DNA of 64,000 nt from Caldisericaceae bacterium (GTDB lineage: Bacteria > Caldisericota > Caldisericia > Caldisericales > Caldisericaceae), in assembly GCA_049967855.1 (NCBI GenBank), contig JBMFRX010000003.1:35259-99258 (forward strand). The letters are read 5' to 3'. Within the stretch, counting starts at the first letter, position 1, and each line of letters starts with the position of its first letter. Positions 7,609 to 17,087 of the stretch are shown here, in pieces. A program made the translations under genes and the position numbers. The notes beneath the pieces were generated by a model. The model searched no databases. It was given only the letters and a program-made list of their open reading frames with translations, and was not told where the DNA came from.

Positions 7609-8841
7609 CTAGAAGTGAACTTTGAAGAACGATAAAAAAATAACCCAGGCAACTCCTACAAGGATTACAAATATAACATTTCTGTATAGAAGCTTGTACG
7701 TTAGACCGAGCTTCGCCTTAAAGAAATCAACGCTCAGTGAAAGGCAAAGATGGGTCGGAGTTATAGCAAGAGCAGTCCATACACCCATATACGCTATGAA
7801 AACATGAGCAGGGTTAACAGACCCACTCGCATTTTGCATAATGGGAAGAAGAAGAGAATAAGAAAGTCCTATTGCAGCAGAGGAAATACCAGTCATAAGG
7901 CCCACAACAAACGGAATAAAGAACAGTGGTATTTCATAGGGGATTTTATAGTAAACAAATGCATCATAAATTCCTTTTATCAAATTGCTCTCTATTGAAA
8001 TATATTTCAGAAAGAAAATTGCAACCATCAGGAAAGCATAGTTTATTAGCGTAAGTATTCTTATAGACTTCTTTATTTTAGAAAAGTCAAGTCTTCTTAC
8101 AACAATCACATAAATAATACCGATAAGAATGGCCGCCGCAACTGAAAGACTCCTGAAAATAAATACAATTGCAATAACAAGAACAATTGGAAAAATGCTC
8201 ATAGCAATGTGGACATAATCTGAGACATAAGAACTCGACCTTGCAAAACCATTTTCTTTTACCATCGGCAAAATGAATATTACTCCCGACAGGAACATTG
8301 CAAGAGAGATTGGCCACTGGGTTTTAACTATAAACGAAAGGGGCACGTTTAGCAAAGAAGCGCTTAGAAGTATTTCTGGGAAAAGAGGAGAAATAGGCTC
8401 CCAAATGTGCCTGAACCAAAAATTGATAACTACTTTTTCATGCGAGAGCAAAGTTGTGTTCTTTGAACCCTCCTCAACAAGGGGAGCTGACACGAGAGCT
8501 CCGCCTGGCATAGCAAGAGCTCCTATTATCAAAGAAAAGGCTGGGATGAAAATTTTAGGCCTGAAGACTTTCGAAAAACTGTCAACAATCTCAGTCAAGA
8601 AACCAGACTCTTTGAGAATATCTGCAAAAATTGTTGCCGCCACAACCACCAGAACCATATTAACAGTTTCACTCGATACAGCAGAATTGTAAAACGACAC
8701 TAAAATATGCACAAAACCGAAATGCTCTAAGAGAGCAAGGAGAATGGCTGATAATGCAATAGATATGCCAATATTAATTCTAAATCGAATCAAGACTCCG
8801 AGGAACACCATCACAACTGTCAAAATTATCAAATAGTTCAC
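7609..8841 (-). CDS. DUF401-family integral membrane protein (putative transporter)
   Basis: 410 aa multi-TM with IIGALAMPGGALVSAP, NFWFRHIWE and TPTHLCL motifs recalled for DUF401. Confidence 0.75.
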   Translation of the reverse strand: MNYLIILTVVMVFLGVLIRFRINIGISIALSAILLALLEHFGFVHILVSFYNSAVSSETVNMVLVVVAATIFADILKESGFLTEIVDSFSKVFRPKIFIPAFSLIIGALAMPGGALVSAPLVEEGSKNTTLLSHEKVVINFWFRHIWEPISPLFPEILLSASLLNVPLSFIVKTQWPISLAMFLSGVIFILPMVKENGFARSSSYVSDYVHIAMSIFPIVLVIAIVFIFRSLSVAAAILIGIIYVIVVRRLDFSKIKKSIRILTLINYAFLMVAIFFLKYISIESNLIKGIYDAFVYYKIPYEIPLFFIPFVVGLMTGISSAAIGLSYSLLLPIMQNASGSVNPAHVFIAYMGVWTALAITPTHLCLSLSVDFFKAKLGLTYKLLYRNVIFVILVGVAWVIFLSFFKVHF

Positions 8842-8895
8842 GATGTCTAATTATATTTCATTTGCTGCTTTTGCAAAATTACTCTATAATAAATT

Positions 8896-10062
8896 ATGTT
8901 TAAACTAGAATCCCTTATAGGAGAACTTGATAGAATTATTCAGGAAAAAGAGGCTGAAGCTCAAAAGAAATCTGATTTGATTGACAACCTCCTGGAAATT
9001 CTTTTCCAGATTGACCCAGATTTGATAAGAAACAGCAGCAGTAAGGATGTTCCGTATTCTTTCGCCACCCCCTGCACTCAAGTCTCGAAAGGCATTAAGC
9101 CTGAAAAGCCACCAAGAGAGTATTCAGTTGCAGCCTGCGATGGCTCCCTTATTCCGATAGATGAAGATTTTTATTTTCCTTATTTCGTCATCAATACAGG
9201 CTTTGTCTACATAAAGTACGGCAGAGATAACGTTTTTGTTGCAGATTCAATCCCTCAAATCTTCTATAGAGATGAGGAGATCTATGAGCAACTGTATGGC
9301 AATTTCAAGCAATTGATAAAAGGTGAATCGTTAAGTTCAAAAATGCTTCTCAAAGAAAGCGTTAAGCTCGAAGAACTCATAAGAAAATACAGCTCTCGCA
9401 GTGCTCCTTTTGTTGCATTGATTGACGGGACTCTGATACAGTGGGAGGTCAAAAACAAACCGGATGAATTCATCAGGACTTTTGTTAGCAACTTTGAGCA
9501 GCTGTTCAAAACAGCTCAGGAAGAAAATGTCCCTGTTGCAGGTTATATAAGCGGAACAAGGTCAAGGGATGTTTTAGGAACAATAAACCTGTATTGCGAG
9601 AAGAAAGGCATAAAAATCAACGGTCTCAGCAATAATTCTAACTCTTCAGAACAAACTGGTAAAATATTTTCGATGATTCTCGATAGAGAACTTTTCTCAA
9701 GAATATTAAGAAACGGCGAGCGCTCAACTTTGTTTCAAAGTAATGAGCCAATATTAAACTTTTATAGCACTCCTGTATACTTTTTCTTTCTCAACGCTTC
9801 TGAAGAAATAGTACGAGTAGAGGTGCCTGAGTTCGTTGCAAAAGATGAAACCAAACTGGCAATGGTCCATTCAACTCTTGTAAGCCAGATTGAGAAGGGG
9901 CCAAATTACCCTGTCGCATTGAGAGAAGCTCACGAACAGGCTGTAATCCATAATATAGAAAAGACAGCACTTGAAAAGATAATTACCGAGCTTCTATCGA
10001 AAAGTAGCATTCAATTCACAGAAAATTCAAAACTTGTCTCAAAACATTCAAGGCAGTTTTAA
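8896..10062 (+). CDS. nurA: NurA-family nuclease
   Basis: Acidic motifs AACDGS and LIDGTL, VAGYIS, VRVEVP, C-terminal YPVALREAHEQAVI. Confidence 0.82.
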   Translation: MFKLESLIGELDRIIQEKEAEAQKKSDLIDNLLEILFQIDPDLIRNSSSKDVPYSFATPCTQVSKGIKPEKPPREYSVAACDGSLIPIDEDFYFPYFVINTGFVYIKYGRDNVFVADSIPQIFYRDEEIYEQLYGNFKQLIKGESLSSKMLLKESVKLEELIRKYSSRSAPFVALIDGTLIQWEVKNKPDEFIRTFVSNFEQLFKTAQEENVPVAGYISGTRSRDVLGTINLYCEKKGIKINGLSNNSNSSEQTGKIFSMILDRELFSRILRNGERSTLFQSNEPILNFYSTPVYFFFLNASEEIVRVEVPEFVAKDETKLAMVHSTLVSQIEKGPNYPVALREAHEQAVIHNIEKTALEKIITELLSKSSIQFTENSKLVSKHSRQF

Positions 10063-11102
10063 CTTTCCTTAATGTATTTGTCTATCTCGTCTTTCAACGC
10101 TTCAAATAGTTTGTTTCCCTCAACAACCTTGACTATTTTTCCTTTTCTGAAAATAACTCCGCTATTCTTTCCGCCAGCAATCCCAATATCGGCATCCATA
10201 GCCTCCCCTGGACCATTAACAACGCAACCCATAACGGCTATTTTCAATGGCAACTTGACATCGCCATAAACTTTTTTCACTTTTGCCACAATGTCAAGGA
10301 CATCAATCTCTGTTCTGCCACACGTGGGGCAGGAAATTACATCAATTCCTTTTTCCCTCAGTCCGAGACTCTTCAAAAGTGTGAAGCCTGCCTCAATTTC
10401 AGCTCCAGAATCCCCTGTGATAGAAACTCTCAAAGTATCTCCAATTCCCGCAAGGAGAAGTGCTCCTATCCCAACACTGCTCTTTACGAGCGATTCGTCA
10501 GCAGGTCCAGCTTCTGTGACTCCAAGATGAATAGGATAATTACTCAGTGTAGCTACTTTCTCATTAGCTTTTATTGTTGTAAGGACATCAGAAGTTTTTA
10601 TCGAAATGACTATGTCGGAGAAGTCTTCATCCTCGAGAATCTTAACCTCGTTCATCGCACTCTGAATCAAAGCTTCGACTACATCTTTCGGTCTTTCCCT
10701 GAAAGAGCCTAAATTTGCTCCAATTCTTATGGCAACACCATAGCTTTTCGCAAGCAAAGTTATCTTCCTTATGTAATCTCTGTCCTTGATATTTGAAGGA
10801 TTCAGGCGTACCTTGTCAACTCCATTTTTTATAGATTCGATGGCAAGCCTTGGGTCAAAATGAATGTCTGCAACAAGCGGTATATGAATTTTGTCTTTTA
10901 TGCCTTTTATTGCATAGGCTGCCTCAAGGTCTGGCACGGCAACCCTTATGATTTCGCAGCCTTTATCTTCAAGCTTTAGGATTTCATCTACTGTCGAACT
11001 TACATCCCTTGTGTCGGTTTTTGTCATTGACTGTACTGCTATCGGATTGTTTCCTCCAATAAGTACACTGCCAACTCTTACAACTCTTGAATCGCGTCTC
11101 AT
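10059..11102 (-). CDS. ispG: HMBPP synthase (MEP pathway)
   Basis: VQSMTKT, PLVADIHF, HLGVTEAG, GIGDTLRVS, SCPTCGR, MGCVVNGPGE. Confidence 0.97.
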   Translation of the reverse strand: MRRDSRVVRVGSVLIGGNNPIAVQSMTKTDTRDVSSTVDEILKLEDKGCEIIRVAVPDLEAAYAIKGIKDKIHIPLVADIHFDPRLAIESIKNGVDKVRLNPSNIKDRDYIRKITLLAKSYGVAIRIGANLGSFRERPKDVVEALIQSAMNEVKILEDEDFSDIVISIKTSDVLTTIKANEKVATLSNYPIHLGVTEAGPADESLVKSSVGIGALLLAGIGDTLRVSITGDSGAEIEAGFTLLKSLGLREKGIDVISCPTCGRTEIDVLDIVAKVKKVYGDVKLPLKIAVMGCVVNGPGEAMDADIGIAGGKNSGVIFRKGKIVKVVEGNKLFEALKDEIDKYIKES

Positions 11103-12124
11103 TTTGCAAAGAGCTTTATTATATCGTTAATGCTTATAAGAAACATCAAAGCAAGTACAAAGATAAAACCTGCTCCCTGGACTGCAGCCTGTTTTTCTGC
11201 TGGGACTGGCTTGCGAGTTATCGCCTCCCACAAAATAAGCACAATCCAGCTTCCATCAAGCGCTGGGATAGGCAGCAAATTTGTAAATCCAAGTGCAATG
11301 CTTATGAAAGCAGCAAACCACAATAGATTTGCAAAGCCGTATGAGGCAGCCTGTCCAGTCATTGCGACAATTCCGATAGGCCCAGTTAAAGAGCTCAAAC
11401 CTTTCCTCGTAAAAAGTGACGGAAGCAGCGTAAAACTCTGATAGAGCACCTTGCCAGTCCACTTTATTGCTTCCCACAGAGAGACAAAAACGTTATATTT
11501 TTCGCCTCTTGGAGAAACTCCAATCATCCACTGGCCAGTTGAAACGTCTTTTTTGGGCTGTACTGCAATTGTTACCACATTCCCATTGCGAACTAAACTG
11601 ATACTTAAAGTGCCGCCATTGCTTGAGTGAACAATACTGGTTAAATCATCCCAGGTTGATATTTCATTACCATTAATCTCAGTTATCCTATCGTTGGGAA
11701 GAATCCCTGCAGTTTGTGCAGGACTGTCTGAACTTACACTAGATATAACAGTTGAGGGAACAAGAGGATTTCCAAAAGCAGAGAAAACAACAGCAAAAAT
11801 AACAACTGCAGCAACAAAATTCATAAATGGTCCCATAAAAAGTGTGATGAATCTTTGAAAGAGCCCTTTTTTGAAGAAACCATCAGGTGCGTCAAAGTCG
11901 CCTTCCATTCCTTTTATCTTCACATAACCGAGAATTGGTAACAAGCCAACTTTATAAAGAGTGCCTCCTCTCTTTTTCTGCAGGACGGTTGGTCCAAATC
12001 CGATACTGAATTCCTCAACGGGAATGCCCGAAGCCTTTGCGGCTAAGAAGTGCCCCGTTTCGTGCACAAGAGCAAGTACTCCTATTATTACCACGCCATA
12101 AATTATCGTCAAAATTATGTTCAT
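11099..12124 (-). CDS. rseP: RIP metalloprotease RseP (M50) with PDZ domain
   Basis: HETGH zinc motif, FSIGFGP, NLLPIPALDG; dxr-ispG context. Confidence 0.95.
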   Translation of the reverse strand: MNIILTIIYGVVIIGVLALVHETGHFLAAKASGIPVEEFSIGFGPTVLQKKRGGTLYKVGLLPILGYVKIKGMEGDFDAPDGFFKKGLFQRFITLFMGPFMNFVAAVVIFAVVFSAFGNPLVPSTVISSVSSDSPAQTAGILPNDRITEINGNEISTWDDLTSIVHSSNGGTLSISLVRNGNVVTIAVQPKKDVSTGQWMIGVSPRGEKYNVFVSLWEAIKWTGKVLYQSFTLLPSLFTRKGLSSLTGPIGIVAMTGQAASYGFANLLWFAAFISIALGFTNLLPIPALDGSWIVLILWEAITRKPVPAEKQAAVQGAGFIFVLALMFLISINDIIKLFAK

Positions 12125-13266
12125 ATGTTATGCCTCCGTAAAATTCTCTCTGTTTGAGATATGCCTTGGTCAAAAAAATATTTAATCTCTTCGTAAGAAT
12201 GAATATCTTTGTGCTCAAAGGTTTCCATAATCTCTTCAAAATAATTGTTAATATCATTGTATCCTATGTTGCCCTCAATAAATTGCGTTGCAAGGACCTC
12301 GTCGACAGCAACAATTATCGGAAGGAAATTGCCCCCCTCTGTACCAAATTTCAGGACAGTCGAAAAAGCCTTGAACTTATTCACATCCAGTGATTCAAAA
12401 GAAAGTTTTCCTAATTCCTCGAGCCTCAATTTAGGGAAGTTGCTTTTCACTCTGCTTGGGTAGGTCAACGCGTACTGGAGAGAATAGTACATTTTAGGAA
12501 CGCTAAGGATGGCCTTCTCAAAACCATCAACAAACTCAACTATTGAGTGTACCACGCTTTCTCTGTGGACTATTGGGCTAATCTTTGTATACGGTAAACC
12601 AAAGAGAAAATGAGCTTCCATAACCTCAAAAGCCTTATTAACCATAGTTGCAGAGTCGATTGTAATTTTTCTGCCCATCCTCCAGTTGGGGTGCTTCAAT
12701 GCCATAGCGGCATTTACCGAGGAAATTGAAGATTCATCATAATCCAAAAAAGGACCCCCTGAAGCTGTTATTATGAGCCTCTCAATAGATTCAAAAGGCT
12801 CTCCTAATAGAATTTGGAAAATTGCCGATGCTTCGCTATCCACAGGAAGAATATATTTCCTTGAGGATTCATTAAAGATAACGTCTCCTCCTGCAATAAT
12901 TGATTCCTTATTGGCAATTGCAACTCTTTTCTTTTCCGACAAGAGCTCAATAATTGCAGGCAAAGCAGTTATTTCAGATGACAAGAAGAGCGTAATGTCA
13001 GGCGAGGCATCCCCCAAAACCGATGTGAGTTCTTTCTCTACATCAAAAACATACGTGTCGCTTAAATCAAATTTTATTTTTTGGGCTATGGCTTCTGATG
13101 CACCAACGTATTTCACTCTATTGAAAGAAGCCTGTTCGAGGAGCAGATTGCCATTTGAGAAACCGGTTATCCCAACTACTTTATAATCATCCCCTAAATT
13201 GTGGACAACCTCAAGAGCCTCTTTCCCAAGAGAGCCAGTCGAACCTACTATAAAAACAGATTTCAT
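12121..13266 (-). CDS. dxr: 1-deoxy-D-xylulose-5-phosphate reductoisomerase
   Basis: GSTGSLG, IANKES, PVDSE, TASGGPF, HPNWRMGRKITIDSATMVNK. Confidence 0.95.
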   Translation of the reverse strand: MKSVFIVGSTGSLGKEALEVVHNLGDDYKVVGITGFSNGNLLLEQASFNRVKYVGASEAIAQKIKFDLSDTYVFDVEKELTSVLGDASPDITLFLSSEITALPAIIELLSEKKRVAIANKESIIAGGDVIFNESSRKYILPVDSEASAIFQILLGEPFESIERLIITASGGPFLDYDESSISSVNAAMALKHPNWRMGRKITIDSATMVNKAFEVMEAHFLFGLPYTKISPIVHRESVVHSIVEFVDGFEKAILSVPKMYYSLQYALTYPSRVKSNFPKLRLEELGKLSFESLDVNKFKAFSTVLKFGTEGGNFLPIIVAVDEVLATQFIEGNIGYNDINNYFEEIMETFEHKDIHSYEEIKYFFDQGISQTERILRRHNI

Positions 13267-13959
13267 CTAAATCCCGCCAAATTTTCTCTCTCTATTTTTG
13301 TATTGCTTTAATAAGCCCACAAATTCCTGTTCTGTAAAATCTGGCCAGAGAGTTCTAGTAAAAAAAAGTTCTGAATAAGCCGATTGGTAAATCAGAAAAT
13401 TACTCAGCCTCATTTCACCGCTTGTCCTTATAATCATATCAGGGTCAGGAATTCCTGCAGTGTAAAGAAAAGAAGGAAAATTATCTTCACTCAGTTCAAC
13501 GTTAGCTGCAGCAGCCTTTTTAACAGCATCAACAATTTCCTTGCGTCCTCCGTAGTTAATGGCAATATTCAACTGCATCTTCTTTCCATTCTGAGTTTCT
13601 CTCCTTGCAGTTTCAAGGGAACTCTTCAAGAAAAGAGGAAGAGCTTCCAGGTACCCAATGAAATTTAGCCTTATTGACTGCTCTTGCAGCTCGGGAATGT
13701 ACGACCTAACAGCTTCCACAAATAGATTAAATAGGAAATTGACCTCGTATTCTCCACGTTTCCAGTTCTCCGTAGAAAAGGCAAAAAGCGTTAAGTGCTT
13801 TAAACCATTGAGTGCAGCTGCCCGAGTAATGGTTCTAACAACCTCAACGCCTTGCCTGTGCCCTTCTGTGCGAGGTAGGCCTCTCTGCTCTGCCCATCTT
13901 CCATTCCCGTCCATAATTATGGCAACATGAACTGGAACAGAAGAGTTAGAAAAAGTCAA
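13267..13959 (-). CDS. uppS: Undecaprenyl diphosphate synthase
   Basis: HVAIIMDGNGRWA, FSTENWKR, NYGGR, IRTSGEMRLSNFL. Confidence 0.96.
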   Translation of the reverse strand: MTFSNSSVPVHVAIIMDGNGRWAEQRGLPRTEGHRQGVEVVRTITRAAALNGLKHLTLFAFSTENWKRGEYEVNFLFNLFVEAVRSYIPELQEQSIRLNFIGYLEALPLFLKSSLETARRETQNGKKMQLNIAINYGGRKEIVDAVKKAAAANVELSEDNFPSFLYTAGIPDPDMIIRTSGEMRLSNFLIYQSAYSELFFTRTLWPDFTEQEFVGLLKQYKNRERKFGGI

Positions 13960-14519
13960 ACCTCTAAGATCTCCTTTTCCTTTTTCTCAGTATGAGAGTC
14001 TACCAATTTTATGTATTTATCTGTAAGCTTTTGCACCTGTTCCATCATTCTGAATTTGTCGTCCTCAGAGATTTCTTTATTCTTCTCCATTTCCTTGAGC
14101 TTCTCGACATTATTCCTTCGTATAGCTCTAATTTCCTCTCTAAACTCTTCTGCCATTTTTTTAACCTGACCAACAATCCTCTTACGTTCTTCTTCATCCA
14201 ATCGAGGAAAAGGCAAAGTAATTACAGAACCGTCGTTTTGCGGAGTAACACCAAGATTCGCCTTGAGTATTGCTCTCTCTACCTCTTTCAGCAAAGATTT
14301 GTCCCACGGTTCAACCACAAGAACCCTTGGTTTAGGTGCGATAATGGAAGCAACTTGTTTGAGAGGCACCGAAGTACCGTATGCATCAACATGAACAGGA
14401 TCTAACAACTCTGGAGTAACACGTGAAGCCATAATCTTAGCAAAGTCTCGTTCAAGAGCCTCTATTGAACGGTTCATTAAGTCTTCCACTTCCTTGTAAA
14501 GATTCTTTTCAATTTCCAT
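13956..14519 (-). CDS. frr: Ribosome recycling factor
   Basis: VEPWDKS, ILKANLGVTPQND, IRAIRR, EISEDD, KKEKEILEV; start set to ATG 14519 (SD GGAGG). Confidence 0.95.
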   Translation of the reverse strand: MEIEKNLYKEVEDLMNRSIEALERDFAKIMASRVTPELLDPVHVDAYGTSVPLKQVASIIAPKPRVLVVEPWDKSLLKEVERAILKANLGVTPQNDGSVITLPFPRLDEEERKRIVGQVKKMAEEFREEIRAIRRNNVEKLKEMEKNKEISEDDKFRMMEQVQKLTDKYIKLVDSHTEKKEKEILEV

Positions 14520-14535
14520 TTTAACCCTCCTCTTT

Positions 14536-15270
14536 CTATTCTTCAAGTCCGGAAGAAGTAATAATTGTGCCTACTTCTCCCTCGAGAACTGCCTTAATAA
14601 GATTATCTTTACCCTTCATGTTAAACAGAATAATTGGCATTTCGTAATCCCTGCACAGAGAAACAGCAGTAGCGTCCATCGCTTTAAGATTCTTTGCAAG
14701 AAATTCTGTATAGTTTATCTTAATATACTTCTTGGCATTCTTGAACTTGCTTGGGTCAGCTGAATAAATTGCATCAACCTTCGTGGCTTTGAACAGAGCA
14801 TTTGCTTTAATTTCAAGCGCCCTAAGAGCTGCTGTAGTATCAGTTGTAAAGAAAGGAAGCCCTGTACCGCCAGCAAATATCACGAGCCTTCCCTTCTCAA
14901 AATGTGATAATGCTTTTGTCAAAATATACGGCTCGGCAACCTGATTCAGAGAAAGTGAGGACATTACACGTGCATCAACTCCACGCGAAATAATGAAATT
15001 CTGCAGTGCAAGAGCGTTGATAACCGTAGCAAGCATTCCCATATAGTCAGCAGTAGCTCTATCAATGCCAAGAGTTTCTCCCTCAGCTCCACGAAGAATG
15101 TTGCCACCGCCAATTACAATCCCAATCTGCACACCTTTGTCTTTTATAAAGATAAGTTGGTCGACAAGGTCATTCATTAAGTCAATATCAAGACCATACT
15201 CTTTTGTTCCCAAAAGAGCTTCGCCACTCAACTTTAAAATAATCCTCTTAAATTGAGGCAACCTATTCAC
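14536..15270 (-). CDS. pyrH: UMP kinase
   Basis: LKLSGEAL, GGGNILRG, DYMGMLAT, PFFTTDT. Confidence 0.97.
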   Translation of the reverse strand: MNRLPQFKRIILKLSGEALLGTKEYGLDIDLMNDLVDQLIFIKDKGVQIGIVIGGGNILRGAEGETLGIDRATADYMGMLATVINALALQNFIISRGVDARVMSSLSLNQVAEPYILTKALSHFEKGRLVIFAGGTGLPFFTTDTTAALRALEIKANALFKATKVDAIYSADPSKFKNAKKYIKINYTEFLAKNLKAMDATAVSLCRDYEMPIILFNMKGKDNLIKAVLEGEVGTIITSSGLEE

Positions 15271-15850
15271 CCACCTTGAATCTCGAGAACCTTCTCACTG
15301 TAATATTTTCGCCGAATTTCGCAATATACTCCTTGATTAACTCCTCAATAGTATGGCTCTCATCCTTAATGTAGGGCATTTCCAACAAACAGTGTTCTTT
15401 AAAGAATGTTTCAATCTTTCCCTGAACTATTTTTTCAATAACATTTGCAGGTTTCTTCTCTTCTTCAAGCTGTTTTGTGTAGATTTCCTTTTCTTTAGCA
15501 AGAGTTTCTTCGTCGACATCTTCTCGCGAAACATACTCAGGGCTGGACGCAGCTATCTGCAAAGCAATGTCGCTTGCCAATGCCTTAAACTCTGGCGTCC
15601 TGGCAACAAAGTCAGTCTCACAATTAACTTCAACAAGAACTCCAAGCTGGTCGCCAGGATGGATGTAGGCAGTAACAACTCCTTGATTCGTTTCTCTTCC
15701 AGATTTCTTAACTGCCTTCGCTATTCCTTTCTCACGCAAGATTTCAATGGCCTTCTCTATGTCTCCATTGGAATCGGCAAGAGCTTTATTACAATCAGAA
15801 ATACCAGCACCAGTTCTTGCTCTTAATTCTTTTACACGTTCTAAATCCAT
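15263..15850 (-). CDS. tsf: Elongation factor Ts (short form)
   Basis: VKELRARTGAG, EVNCETDFVA, RRFSRF; 195 aa. Confidence 0.97.
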   Translation of the reverse strand: MDLERVKELRARTGAGISDCNKALADSNGDIEKAIEILREKGIAKAVKKSGRETNQGVVTAYIHPGDQLGVLVEVNCETDFVARTPEFKALASDIALQIAASSPEYVSREDVDEETLAKEKEIYTKQLEEEKKPANVIEKIVQGKIETFFKEHCLLEMPYIKDESHTIEELIKEYIAKFGENITVRRFSRFKVGE

Positions 15851-15864
15851 TATTCACCTCTTAA

Positions 15865-16656
15865 TTATTCTTTTTCTAAATGTTCAAAATCTTCGAAATT
15901 CAGTTCCTCTTTAAGAAGACTCTCTGCTTCCTCTGACGAAACTTCATCGTTAGTTGCGGCTTCTTCGCCAGTTTTGCCTTCTCTACCTTCTATAACTGCG
16001 TTTGCGATAAGAGAAGTAAACATTCTTATGGAACGAATGGCATCGTCATTTCCTGGAATCGGCAGATCAATCTCATCAGGATTTGAATTCGAATCAACAA
16101 TTGCTATAATTGGTATGTTAAGTTTTCTTGCCTCGAGAATTGCGCTTCTCTCTTTGTGAGTGTCTGTTACGAAAATTGCTGCAGGAAGCGTAACAAGATT
16201 CTTTAGTCCTCCAAAAAGCTTTCTCAGTTTTGCCAGCTCTCGCTGAAGGTCAACTCTCTCTTTTACAGTGATTGTATCAAAATAGCCTTCGCTTTCGAGC
16301 TTCTCCAGCTCTTTGAGCCTGTTAATGCTTTTCTTCACGGTAGAGAAATTCGTCAAAAGGCCTCCAACCCACCTTTCGTTAACATAAAACATCCCGCTTC
16401 TTTCGGCTTCTTCTCTAACAATGTCCTGCGCAGCCTTCTTAGTGCCGACAAAAATTAACTTACCGCCTTCCTTTGATGTGTTTACAACAAAATTGTAAGC
16501 TTCTTCAATTTTCTGAGTTGTAAGCCTCAGGTCAAAGATATGGATTCCATTTCTCTCGGTAAATATGTACTCCTTCATTCTTGGATCCCATCTCTTCGAT
16601 TGATGCCCAAAATGTACGCCTGCTTCAAGCAGTTCTTTCATTGATACTACAGCCAT
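15865..16656 (-). CDS. rpsB: 30S ribosomal protein S2
   Basis: LLEAGVHFGH, RWVGGLLTN, IPGNDDAIRS; start ATG 16656 after SD AGGAGG. Confidence 0.98.
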   Translation of the reverse strand: MAVVSMKELLEAGVHFGHQSKRWDPRMKEYIFTERNGIHIFDLRLTTQKIEEAYNFVVNTSKEGGKLIFVGTKKAAQDIVREEAERSGMFYVNERWVGGLLTNFSTVKKSINRLKELEKLESEGYFDTITVKERVDLQRELAKLRKLFGGLKNLVTLPAAIFVTDTHKERSAILEARKLNIPIIAIVDSNSNPDEIDLPIPGNDDAIRSIRMFTSLIANAVIEGREGKTGEEAATNDEVSSEEAESLLKEELNFEDFEHLEKE

Positions 16657-16680
16657 TATAAAACCTCCTAAAGTTTTTAT

Positions 16681-16742
16681 CCTCCCCTCTTTCATCTTTT
16701 GCTGGGCACAGTGTGCACTTTCACAAAATCCAGAGGGTGTGA
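16681..16742 (-). promoter_or_regulatory. rpsB (S2) autoregulatory leader
   Basis: Minus strand CACAC-CCTCT-GGA-TTTTG...GCAC-ACT-GTGC...CAAAA-GATGAA-AGAGG-GGAGG; nested stems with the CACAC and GGAGG flanks of the known rpsB leader. Confidence 0.7.
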
Positions 16743-17087
16743 ATTTTCAATATATTTTAAAGATTTATCATAAAAAATCAAGAGGAAGAATTGCCTCATC
16801 AAGAATCTCTGATTAGGCGCAGTCCACATAGGCAAGAAACAAGTTTCTAAATTAGCCACGCTTCCTAATACAATTACTCCACCGAAACTCTCTTCTAATG
16901 ATTTTTTTCTGAGCCATTATCAGTAGACTCAAAAAAGCGAAGAGAGAAATGAACGAAGAGCAAATTGAATAATACCCAAAGTGGAAAGTCTAAATTCAAC
17001 TAAGCTGAATATTTTTTATGCAATTTCAGTTATCCTGCAAAGGAACATCGGGAAGCAAGTACGCACGTTTCCTTTAAAAAGCCCAAC

